From assembly GCA_034670045.1 (NCBI GenBank), contig JAXMOF010000011.1, positions 12,121-76,120 of the forward strand: a stretch of DNA of 64,000 nucleotides, given 5' to 3'. A program made the translations under genes and the position numbers. Positions 37,409 through 46,182 of this stretch are shown here, in pieces. The first letter of the stretch is position 1. Each line of letters opens with the position of its first letter. Under the pieces are notes generated by a model. The model saw nothing but the letters and a program-made list of their open reading frames with translations. It searched no databases and had not been told where the DNA came from. This DNA is from Amylibacter sp. GTDB lineage: Bacteria; Pseudomonadota; Alphaproteobacteria; Rhodobacterales; Rhodobacteraceae.

Positions 37409-38557
37409 TTGACAAAAGGGGCAGAAACTTTGTCAAAAGTTAACACACCTAAAGCCGGGTTAATGGCTCTTTTCGTTGTGGCGTTCGCCGTGTCATCCTG
37501 TGGATTGCCGCGACCTGGACCCAATAAACGGGAAATTTTCGCAGGCAGCGTCCAACAACAGGGCAACGCCTACATTGTTTCCGTGAATGATCGTGTGGTT
37601 CAGGCAACGGCGGATGCGCCGAATGCCGGTTTTGACTCGGAATTCCTGAAAGCGGGCAACATCGGCGCGGATACAATCCGGCGCGGTGATAAACTGCTGC
37701 TGACGGTCTATGAAAACGTCGAAGAGGGGCTGTTTGGCACCGCCGGCGCGCCCTCGACCCTGACGGAATTGCAAGTGGACCAGACGGGCCACATCTTTAT
37801 TCCTTACGCGGGCCGCATTCGCGCTGCTGGTAACACGCCCGAGGCGTTGCGCCAGATCATCACGCGCAAGCTGGACGCACAAACTCCTGACCCGCAATTC
37901 ATCGTCGCCCGCGCGGCAGGGGACGGATCAACCGTTTCCATCGTTGGCGCTGGTGGTCAGGGCGTTTTCCCGATCGAGGCTTCGACCAGCACGCTGTCAA
38001 CTATGATCGCAGCGGCAGGGGGTGTGACCACCGATCCAGAAAACACCCGCGTCAGTGTGATCCGTGGCTCCCATAAGGGCACCGTCTGGCTGGAAGACCT
38101 GTTTGCCAGCAACGAACAAGACATCGCCCTGCGCCCCGGCGATCGTATCCTGATTCAGGAAGACACCCGCCGTTTCACCGCTCTTGGTGCCATGGGCGGG
38201 CAATCCCTTGTCGAATTCCCCCAACCCACGATGAATGCAATCGAAGCCATTGCCTTTATGGGCGGTTTGAACAGTAATCTGGCCGACCCGACGGGTATTT
38301 TCATCTTCCGCGATGAATCCGCCGAATATGCAAACCGTGTTTTGGGGCGCAATGATTTCACAACACCAAAGCGGTTTGCCTATGTTTTGGATCTGACAGA
38401 ACCAACAGGCGTGTTTTTGGGGCGTGATTTTGAAATCCGTGACGGCGACACGATCTATGTGACCGAGGCACCTTACGTGCAATGGACCAAAACACTGTCT
38501 GTCCTGACATCCAGCGCGGGTGCTGCAAATTCACTTGCAGCGGCAACAGGTGGCTAA
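37409..38557 (+). CDS. Outer-membrane polysaccharide export lipoprotein (Wza/KpsD family)
   Basis: Lipobox AVSSC, PES motif (VDQTGHIFIPYAGRI), SLBB-like repeats and DGDTIYV. Exact start uncertain. Confidence 0.88.
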   Translation: MTKGAETLSKVNTPKAGLMALFVVAFAVSSCGLPRPGPNKREIFAGSVQQQGNAYIVSVNDRVVQATADAPNAGFDSEFLKAGNIGADTIRRGDKLLLTVYENVEEGLFGTAGAPSTLTELQVDQTGHIFIPYAGRIRAAGNTPEALRQIITRKLDAQTPDPQFIVARAAGDGSTVSIVGAGGQGVFPIEASTSTLSTMIAAAGGVTTDPENTRVSVIRGSHKGTVWLEDLFASNEQDIALRPGDRILIQEDTRRFTALGAMGGQSLVEFPQPTMNAIEAIAFMGGLNSNLADPTGIFIFRDESAEYANRVLGRNDFTTPKRFAYVLDLTEPTGVFLGRDFEIRDGDTIYVTEAPYVQWTKTLSVLTSSAGAANSLAAATGG

Positions 38558-38575
38558 GGCCGCCCACCCGAACCT

Positions 38576-40642
38576 ATGAAACGCCAAAGACCCGCGCATT
38601 TGCCTGAAAACAGCACGCGGGTCTTTGGCTTTTCGTTAAGCTTCTTTTTCAACAGACCTTTGCGAACGGCTTTAGCTGGCGCAGGATTAAAGCCGCGCTT
38701 TGGCTGGCCGCGATCGGGGGATAACGTGTTGATTTGGGGGCGAAAACCCACATCAAGCCGCGGCATCCGCATGGCCCGGGCCACGGGTGCGCACCTTATA
38801 ACGGCCGAGGACGGGTTCCTGCGATCCGTGCAAACGGGGCGTCAGGGGGATGCGCCTTTGTCGCTGATTGCGGACCGTCAGGGCATCTATTTCGAACCCG
38901 ACCGCCCAAACGATCTGCGGGATCTCTTGCGCGATGGTCCCGTTCTGGACAAGGCGCAAACCCAAGCGGCCTCTGAAGGAATTGCGCTTCTGCGTGAGGC
39001 CCATTTATCGAAATACAATGATTTTGATCTGGCGGTGCCTGACTTGCCGGACCCGTTTGTACTGGTTGTGGATCAAACCTTCGGGGATGCCTCGATCAAA
39101 GGGGCGGGGGCGGATGCGGGGGTGTTCCAACAGATGCTGGACGCAGCACTGGCCGCGCATCCTGACGCGACAATCCTGATCAAGACCCATCCCGAAACGC
39201 TGGCGCAAAAACGCCGTGGCTATTTTGACATTGGCGATCAATCCGAACGGGTTGTTCTGTTCACCGAACCTGTGTCACCGTGGATTCTGCTGGATCGCGC
39301 CCGCGCGGTTTATTGCGTGTCTTCGCAAATGGGGATGGAAGCGATATTCGCAGGCCACCGCCCCGTGGTTTTTGGCAATGCGTTTTATTGCGGATTGGGT
39401 CTGACCGAGGATCGCCATCCGGATGTGATCCAAATCGGTCATCGCAGCACGGAGCAGTTGTTCCACGCGGTCTATATTAACTATTGTAACTGGATTGATC
39501 CCTATACAAACCGCGCGTCGGATTTCACCGCAACCGCGCAGTCATTGGCGGCCATGGCAGGGTTCAGGCGTGCCCATTCCAAGGCGAAAATCTTTGTCGG
39601 TATGCGCCTATGGAAGCGCGGGTTCTTGCGCGGTTTTTTCGATCAGGGCAGCGGTGCGCCGCAGTTTATCGAAAACGCGGTTCAGGCGGCGCAGGCTGCG
39701 AAACAGAAAAACGGCAGCGTTTATGTCTGGTCCGGCAAGGAAACCGTGCAATTGGCGCAGGCTTGTGCCGACGCAAAGGTTCCACTGGTGCGGGTTGAGG
39801 ACGGTTTTTTGCGCTCTGCGGGCTTGGGGGCTGCGCTTGTTGCGCCCGTGTCTTTGGCGCTGGATGATCTGGGAATTTACTATGACCCGACCCGTGAAAG
39901 CCGTTTGGAAAGGCTTATAGCGCGCAACGCAAAGCTGTCCGAAGGCAAGCGTACGCGGGCAGCGGCGTTGCGGCAGGCAATTACCGCGCTTGGCCTGTCA
40001 AAGTATAACCTGAAGGCAACAGGGCAGGTCGATTTACCCAAAGACCGCCATCTGGTTCTGGTACCGGGTCAGGTGGAGGATGATCAATCCATCCTGAAAG
40101 GCACCTCTACTGTCAGCAATAATCTGGCCCTGCTACAGCAGGCGCGCCAGCGGTTTGGCGACAGTTTTATCCTCTATAAACCCCATCCGGACGTGTTGGC
40201 GGGGCTGCGGGACGGCGGGGAAGCCATGGCGGAAATCGCGCAGATTGCTGATCTGGTGGTAGAGCAAGCCGATATCTCCGCACTGCTGGATCAGGTGGAT
40301 TGCGTGGCCACGATGACTTCGCTCACAGGGTTCGAGGCGTTGCTGCGTGGCAAAGACGTCGTCTGTTACGGCGCACCGTTTTACGCAGGCTGGGGGCTGA
40401 CCGAAGATTTGGGCGACGTGCCTGAACGGCGGGTCGCACGGGTGAGCATCGAAGGTCTGATCCATGCGGCATTGGTGGATTATCCGCTGTATTGGGACCC
40501 GATAACAGGGCGGCCTTGTGCGGTGGAAACCGTGTTGGGACGTTTCGCAACAGGGCAGGTGACGGGAAAGAAACGGTTCGGGATCAAGGCTTTGGCCAAG
40601 GTGCAGGGGGTCTTTGCCAGCTACGCCCATTTGTGGCGCTGA
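38576..40642 (+). CDS. kpsC: Capsular polysaccharide export protein, KpsC family (beta-Kdo transferase, two domains)
   Basis: Duplicated EDGFLRS, KYN, K(T/P)HP, SQMG/SLTG and FY(C/A)G(L/W)GLT motifs. Confidence 0.92.
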   Translation: MKRQRPAHLPENSTRVFGFSLSFFFNRPLRTALAGAGLKPRFGWPRSGDNVLIWGRKPTSSRGIRMARATGAHLITAEDGFLRSVQTGRQGDAPLSLIADRQGIYFEPDRPNDLRDLLRDGPVLDKAQTQAASEGIALLREAHLSKYNDFDLAVPDLPDPFVLVVDQTFGDASIKGAGADAGVFQQMLDAALAAHPDATILIKTHPETLAQKRRGYFDIGDQSERVVLFTEPVSPWILLDRARAVYCVSSQMGMEAIFAGHRPVVFGNAFYCGLGLTEDRHPDVIQIGHRSTEQLFHAVYINYCNWIDPYTNRASDFTATAQSLAAMAGFRRAHSKAKIFVGMRLWKRGFLRGFFDQGSGAPQFIENAVQAAQAAKQKNGSVYVWSGKETVQLAQACADAKVPLVRVEDGFLRSAGLGAALVAPVSLALDDLGIYYDPTRESRLERLIARNAKLSEGKRTRAAALRQAITALGLSKYNLKATGQVDLPKDRHLVLVPGQVEDDQSILKGTSTVSNNLALLQQARQRFGDSFILYKPHPDVLAGLRDGGEAMAEIAQIADLVVEQADISALLDQVDCVATMTSLTGFEALLRGKDVVCYGAPFYAGWGLTEDLGDVPERRVARVSIEGLIHAALVDYPLYWDPITGRPCAVETVLGRFATGQVTGKKRFGIKALAKVQGVFASYAHLWR

Positions 40643-40703
40643 CTATTGTTGCTGGCTTGAAATAGGTGTTCAGATTTTGGAAAGCCGATGGGAGCGGGTT
40701 GCT

Positions 40704-41807
40704 TTAGGCGCTTGGGGTCCAGATTGACAAAATGTCCGGACCGAGCGGGGTGACGGATATGCGGGTGAACCTTGGCGCATCGGCAAGCGCGTCGGTGCCG
40801 AGACTGGCAAGGTTGGCCAGCCCGTCCGAACCGATGGCGACCCCTGCAGTGAACAGGGCCAGTTGATCCACGAGCCCTGCGCGCAAAAGCGAGGCTGCAA
40901 CCTGCCCGCCACCCTCGACAAACAGGCGCGTGATGCCACGATCCGCCAATGTGGAGAGAACGTTTTCGATTTCGACACGCCCTTGCGGATCGGTGGTGCA
41001 GGCCAGTGGAACCGCACCTGTTTGAAGCCATTTTTCAGTGGCTTTTGCGTGTTCCGAATGGCAAATCCACAAGGGAAATTGCGCGGCGCTGCTTGCCAAA
41101 CGGCCCGTGGCAGGCAGGTTCAGGCCACTGTCCAGAACCACGCGCACGGGCGATTGATGGGCCAGGCCCATATCGCGCACGGTCAGGTCTGGATCGTCTT
41201 GTGCGACCGTGTTGCGCCCCACCAGAATGGCGTCATGTTGCGCGCGCATCAAGTGAACGGCGCGGCGGGACTTCGGGCCGGTAATCCAGCGGCTGTCGCC
41301 GGTTTTTGTGGCGATCCGCCCGTCCAGACTGCTGGCGAGTTTGAGGGTGACAAAGGGGCGGTTATTCTGAACGCGGCTAAAAAAACCCGCATGTGCGGCA
41401 TCTGCCTGATCTTTCAGGATGTTTTGGGTCAGGGGAATGCCCGCGGATTTCAGGATTTCGTAACCTTTACCTGATACGCGTGTGTCCGGATCCTGTGTGG
41501 CGCTGACCACGCGGGTCACGCCTGCTGTGATCAATGCCTTGGCGCAGGGGCCTGTTTGCCCCTGATGGGCGCAGGGTTCAAGCGTGACATAGGCCGTGGC
41601 CCCTTTTGCGGCCTCTCTTGCTTGGGACAGGGCGTGGATCTCTGCATGGGGGCGACCGCCGGGTTGGGTCCAGCCGCGCCCGACCACGCGACCGTTTTTG
41701 ACAAGGACACATCCGACCGCAGGATTGGGCCAGACATTGCCCAATCCGCGCTGGCCCAAAGTCAGGGCCAGACGCATCCACCGTTCATCCACTGCTGTCA
41801 GGGTCAC
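40704..41807 (-). CDS. ribD: Riboflavin biosynthesis deaminase/reductase
   Basis: PNPAVGC, HAE, TLEPCAH..PC, SLDG, WITG, VEGG. Confidence 0.96.
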   Translation of the reverse strand: MTLTAVDERWMRLALTLGQRGLGNVWPNPAVGCVLVKNGRVVGRGWTQPGGRPHAEIHALSQAREAAKGATAYVTLEPCAHQGQTGPCAKALITAGVTRVVSATQDPDTRVSGKGYEILKSAGIPLTQNILKDQADAAHAGFFSRVQNNRPFVTLKLASSLDGRIATKTGDSRWITGPKSRRAVHLMRAQHDAILVGRNTVAQDDPDLTVRDMGLAHQSPVRVVLDSGLNLPATGRLASSAAQFPLWICHSEHAKATEKWLQTGAVPLACTTDPQGRVEIENVLSTLADRGITRLFVEGGGQVAASLLRAGLVDQLALFTAGVAIGSDGLANLASLGTDALADAPRFTRISVTPLGPDILSIWTPSA

Positions 41808-42277
41808 TTTTCTTCTTCACCTGCAGCAGGCGGACGCAGTTCGTGCACAAAGTCTTCAAAATCATCAGCGGCTTGGAAGTTCTTGTAAACACTGGCAAAA
41901 CGGACATATGCGACAGTGTCGATCCGGGCCAGAGTATCCATCACGATTTCACCGATTTTGTCAGAGGCAACGTCGCTTTCGCCCATGCTTTCCAGCCGCC
42001 GCACGATGCCTGAAATCATCTGGTCCACCCGTTCCGGATCAATCGGCCGTTTCTGCATGGCCATCCGGATAGAGCGTTCCAGCTTGTCGCGGTCGAAATC
42101 TTCGCGTTTGCCGTTTTTCTTAACCACAACCAGATCGCGCAACTGCACCCGTTCGTAGGTTGTAAACCGCCCGCCACAGGAAGGGCAGAACCGCCGCCGA
42201 CGAATGGCGACATGGTCTTCTGCCGGTCGGCTGTCTTTCACTTGGGTGTCTGTGTTACCACAAAATGGGCATCTCAT
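41804..42277 (-). CDS. nrdR: Transcriptional repressor NrdR
   Basis: Zinc ribbon MRCPFC...VKDSR...RRRR.C..C..RFTTYE, ATP cone, [17 protein letters not shown]. Confidence 0.97.
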   Translation of the reverse strand: MRCPFCGNTDTQVKDSRPAEDHVAIRRRRFCPSCGGRFTTYERVQLRDLVVVKKNGKREDFDRDKLERSIRMAMQKRPIDPERVDQMISGIVRRLESMGESDVASDKIGEIVMDTLARIDTVAYVRFASVYKNFQAADDFEDFVHELRPPAAGEEEK

Positions 42278-42355
42278 GGGCCTGTACCTCAAATTTTGTT
42301 CTTATTTTCCTCAACTATACCAGTCTTACAGCATTTGGGTAGAAGAAATCGTTAA

Positions 42356-42371
42356 ACCCTAGATACAGTGT
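42356..42371. promoter_or_regulatory. NrdR box
   Basis: ACCCTAGATACAGTGT matches acaCwAtATaTwGtgt at 13/16 positions. Confidence 0.55.
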
Positions 42372-42456
42372 TGTATTCGGCATCTTGTGTCGCCTTGGTT
42401 GACGGATGCGATGGGAAATTGATAGTCTGAAACCTACTGTTTCATTGGGGATTGTA

Positions 42457-42999
42457 ATGCTGGGAAAAGCGCTGGACTGGGTTGGTCTGCGGGCAAATCT
42501 GTTTGTGACTATTTTGGCGATCTTGGTCGCCGTTAACGTACCTTTTCAACTATACCTTCATAAAACCACGCCTTTGCTGGCCTGGAAGGGGGGTGGATTT
42601 GGCATGTATACCGAACCCCATGCCGAAGATCGCGCTGTTTGGCTTCATCTGGAAGGGGAGGGCGGGACGGCGTTCCTGCAACTCTGGCCTGAAACAACGG
42701 ATTTTTCGGAATGGCGTCAAACAGCCCGCGTCAGTGGCGGCGCTTATCTGGCGGCACTGACGAAAAACGCAGAGCGGTTCAGGTTCTATCCCAAGGATGT
42801 ACAAGCTGCCCGTTTGATCAACCAATTGTCCCGTGTGCGGTGGCCAGAGACACTGGTTGGGCAGGTTTCCCCTGAAAATGACGCCACTTTTGCGCCGGAA
42901 AGGTTAACAATCGAGGTTTATGAAAACCGCTACGATCTTGAAAGCAATATAGTCACGCGGAACAGTGTGTACAAATACTCTGGTTTGAGGACGGAATGA
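42457..42999 (+). CDS. Hypothetical single-TM protein with a WKGGGFGMY motif (partner of the HTTM-like protein)
   Basis: N-terminal TM helix then WKGGGFGMYT. Stop overlaps the next ATG. Alternative start at 42406. Confidence 0.7.
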   Translation: MLGKALDWVGLRANLFVTILAILVAVNVPFQLYLHKTTPLLAWKGGGFGMYTEPHAEDRAVWLHLEGEGGTAFLQLWPETTDFSEWRQTARVSGGAYLAALTKNAERFRFYPKDVQAARLINQLSRVRWPETLVGQVSPENDATFAPERLTIEVYENRYDLESNIVTRNSVYKYSGLRTE

Positions 43000-43895
43000 T
43001 GGTTGCTTTTCGAGATCGCAAATTCATTTCCCCCATCGCGCGGTTTGTAAGTGACGAATATATCCCCACGTTACTTTCTCTTTTTGCGGCAATAGTGTTC
43101 GTTTTCTTTACGTCAAAAGAATACATCCCGTTTGGTGCACGTTTTTTCATGCCGTTTCTTCTCTTGCTACTGGTGACAGCAACCGAGATGCGGACGCGCG
43201 CAATCCTGTTGTTCTGGATTGTGCTGGGTTTGGCCCTGAATGTGGGGATGAATTACTATGTGGTCGCCAACCACGGGTTTATGATCACTTACATTGGCCT
43301 TGCCCTGATGATTGCTTGTGCCTCTGGTAACACGGCGCCCGCTGTAATGTCCCGCGCTGCCGTTTTGTTGATTAGCATCCTTATGGGGCTGGCTTTGATC
43401 CAGAAAATTGTGTCGGCCCATTACATGAGCGGGGCCTTGGTGGGCGGGTATCTGGCGAATGGTTATATGTTCAAGACGTTGATTTCGCTATTTTATTCGG
43501 ATTGGCCTGAAGTGGTGAAACAAAATCTGGATCCGCAGAAAATGCTGCTGGCGCAAACGCCCGGACTTGGCGCCACGGTATCGCTGACGGTCCCGCCCTT
43601 GATCCAACTGCTGGCAATTGTTTTGACCTATGCTGCGCTTGCCTCGCAGACGCTGATCGAACTGTTTATATTATTCCGAAACCGTTTCGGAATTTGGACA
43701 CATTATGCCGTGTTGCTGTTTGTGTTGATTATCTATTCGACACGGAATGAAAATATTTTTCTGTCGATGAACCTGATCCTGGGCTATGCGATTACAGACG
43801 AGCATACCAAACAGGCGCGCCTGTGGTATGTGCTCGGGATTGCCTATCTTTTGAGTATGGAGATGATGGGGCTGCGCCCCGGGATTATCGGTTGA
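42996..43895 (+). CDS. Polytopic membrane protein, HTTM / vitamin-K-dependent-carboxylase-like
   Basis: About 8 TM segments; NHGFMITY and ALIQKIVSAHYMSG resemble the HTTM motifs NH-x-Y/F and K-L-x4-W/Y-x-x-G. Confidence 0.6.
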   Translation: MMVAFRDRKFISPIARFVSDEYIPTLLSLFAAIVFVFFTSKEYIPFGARFFMPFLLLLLVTATEMRTRAILLFWIVLGLALNVGMNYYVVANHGFMITYIGLALMIACASGNTAPAVMSRAAVLLISILMGLALIQKIVSAHYMSGALVGGYLANGYMFKTLISLFYSDWPEVVKQNLDPQKMLLAQTPGLGATVSLTVPPLIQLLAIVLTYAALASQTLIELFILFRNRFGIWTHYAVLLFVLIIYSTRNENIFLSMNLILGYAITDEHTKQARLWYVLGIAYLLSMEMMGLRPGIIG

Positions 43896-43944
43896 GCCGA
43901 ACATTTTGTGCAGCGCTGAACGAGCAGCAAAGCGAGCATTGGCA

Positions 43945-44712
43945 TCAGTTTGCAGGCTCGATTTGTGTCACAGCGTTGCCGCCTATGATCGAATTCGCTT
44001 TGGCGTAGTCTTCTGTGAAGGCGGCGACAACATCCCTTAGGGCTTCCATCGCGCCGTATTCGATGTCGGATTCACTTTGGCGGGCGCTTCCACTCCATGT
44101 GGTGGTGTTAAGCATTATGGACGTGTCGCGGGTTAAAACCACCAACTGTGTCAGGCCCAAAGAAACTGACCAGGGTTTACAGCCCACGACCTCGACAGAA
44201 TAGCGCAGGGTTAATGTGGGTTTGCCGGGGGTGGTCTCAACCTCTTCCTTTGTTAACAGGGGGATGCCAGCTTGTTGCAATTGGCTAATCACATAGGAAT
44301 GAACGGTTTCCCCGAAATTTCCGGTAAACGTACGGGGGCCGCGGACAGCGCGAAAATCGACGAAAACGCCATTTAACCCACCTAAAGTCGCCACCTTATC
44401 TGCGAGCGTTAGAGGCGTTGTGTCGATTGAGGTCAACTCCTTTGGGGGCGGCTGGGACAGGCATAATGGGGATGTTTCATGGCTTACATTGGCAGCTCCG
44501 TAAGTCTGCGCAGAAGGGGCTAAATTGTTGAAAAATGTTTGGGCTTCCGCCGGCGGAACATCCAATAACAAGTGACTGCGGAACTGTGATTTCGGCTGGC
44601 CGTTAACCACACGTTCCCACATAACCCACAGGTTATTATGCTCTTGCGAGTGAGCAGTGGCCGTCCAGATCAGACAGACCCACAACAGCAATGAAAGGCG
44701 TAAGCAGCGCAA
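43945..44712 (-). CDS. Secreted hypothetical protein
   Basis: GGAGGA RBS and TTG start; signal peptide ending TATAHS; no recognised function. Confidence 0.7.
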   Translation of the reverse strand: MRCLRLSLLLWVCLIWTATAHSQEHNNLWVMWERVVNGQPKSQFRSHLLLDVPPAEAQTFFNNLAPSAQTYGAANVSHETSPLCLSQPPPKELTSIDTTPLTLADKVATLGGLNGVFVDFRAVRGPRTFTGNFGETVHSYVISQLQQAGIPLLTKEEVETTPGKPTLTLRYSVEVVGCKPWSVSLGLTQLVVLTRDTSIMLNTTTWSGSARQSESDIEYGAMEALRDVVAAFTEDYAKANSIIGGNAVTQIEPAN

Positions 44713-44746
44713 AACACATCCTCCTGCCTCCTTTTACCGGTGAAAT

Positions 44747-44763
44747 GGTTAAGGCGAGGTTAG
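44747..44763. promoter_or_regulatory. Near-consensus CtrA box
   Basis: Minus strand reads CTAA-CCTCGCC-TTAACC, one mismatch to TTAA-N7-TTAAC. Confidence 0.5.
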
Positions 44764-44845
44764 CCCGAAGGCTGTCAAATGCAATCCTTCGTTGCAGCCG
44801 CTGAATTCCGTTGATTTTCAGGTGTTTCGCCCGCATCCTATTCGG

Positions 44846-45511
44846 ATGCGAATGCTTCTTCTTTTACTATGCCTGACGGCTTGTGGCCGCCCGATGTCCG
44901 AAAGCGAGGTGGCTTTTGCGTCCAAATTTCACGGTGCAGGACTGGACGTGACCAAGGTTCGTCTGATCGACAATGCGCCGGTGCGGTCCTATACGTTAAA
45001 GGCCCCCAAGCGCCCGCGTATCGCCTGTACAGAGCGGGTCTATCCTCCTCCGAAGACACAGATCGTGACGGGGGCGCCATCTGCTGTGGCACTGTTTAAC
45101 CGAATATTCGTAAATCCGGACTACTATTTGGAAAACTACACGCCGCAATACCCGGAAAGGTTACATCTATATCAGGCAATGTTTCTGGCCCATGAACTGA
45201 CCCATGCATGGCAGTGGCAGAACCGCAAAATCACGGGCTATCACCCGATCAAGGCCGCACGTGAACATCAGTCAAAAGCGGATCCCTATTTGATTGATCC
45301 GGATACGGGAGGGGATTTCCTGTCCTATGGCTATGAACAGCAAGGAAGGATTGTTGAAGAGTATCTGTGTTGCGCAACGCTTGATCCCACAGCGCCCAGA
45401 ACTCTACGTTTGCGCAAGATGTTGGGGGCATATTTTCCACTGGAAAAGTTGCCTGTAAGGGAGGTTATCGTGGGGTGGAGAGATGTAAAAATTGAGGGGA
45501 TTTGTCGGTAG
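44846..45511 (+). CDS. Lipoprotein with HExxH zincin-like motif (DUF4157-like from memory)
   Basis: Lipobox LTAC; AHELTHAWQWQ; distal YGYEQQG. Confidence 0.75.
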   Translation: MRMLLLLLCLTACGRPMSESEVAFASKFHGAGLDVTKVRLIDNAPVRSYTLKAPKRPRIACTERVYPPPKTQIVTGAPSAVALFNRIFVNPDYYLENYTPQYPERLHLYQAMFLAHELTHAWQWQNRKITGYHPIKAAREHQSKADPYLIDPDTGGDFLSYGYEQQGRIVEEYLCCATLDPTAPRTLRLRKMLGAYFPLEKLPVREVIVGWRDVKIEGICR

Positions 45512-45522
45512 GTTGGGTGGAA

Positions 45523-46161
45523 ATGGTCAAAAATAGGAAAAAGAAATCTGCTCATTCATTGGAAGATTGGGCAGATTTAATCAAATCTAAAGGAATGGCA
45601 GGGGAACTAGCCTCAAATACCGATGTGGAGCGCGCGGTTGTTGAGGAAAGTGTTTGTAGGGAGTGGGTTCAAGCCATGCGGTTGAAGTGGGCGGTCAATT
45701 TGGATCTTGCGGGACCAAGTGAAAGTGACCCACCTGATTATTACGTATTCAGCAATGGAACAAAAAAGTCTGTTGAACTAACCGAACTCAAAGATGGTCT
45801 TTTCGAGAAGAAATTTTCTCTCGCCAAAATGAAATTGGAATCTTACTCGGCTTATGGTGGAGAGGGATTTTCTGAAACCCAATGGGATCAGAACAGGTTC
45901 GAAAACGAAATCAAAAACAGAATTTCGAAGAAGGATATGAAATACACTGCAAAAGGCTACTATTTTGATGTCTTGCTCATTTATTCAGGTGAGCAGTGGT
46001 TGTTGCCGACGGATGTTCTAAACTGGCTGGAAAGGATTGCGATCGATAGTCCGAACGCGTTTGCCTCTGTGTATTTTCTATTGAAATATTCACCCGGCTT
46101 TTCAAACGAACACTGGCCGATTTTTCACCTTGCGGGGAAAAAGATCGGCCAGCATCTGTAG
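45523..46161 (+). CDS. Hypothetical protein, possible PD-(D/E)XK nuclease-like fold
   Basis: AT-rich ORF with DPPD-x11-ELTEL. Confidence 0.55.
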   Translation: MVKNRKKKSAHSLEDWADLIKSKGMAGELASNTDVERAVVEESVCREWVQAMRLKWAVNLDLAGPSESDPPDYYVFSNGTKKSVELTELKDGLFEKKFSLAKMKLESYSAYGGEGFSETQWDQNRFENEIKNRISKKDMKYTAKGYYFDVLLIYSGEQWLLPTDVLNWLERIAIDSPNAFASVYFLLKYSPGFSNEHWPIFHLAGKKIGQHL

Positions 46162-46182
46162 ATTTCGCGAATTTATTTAGCC

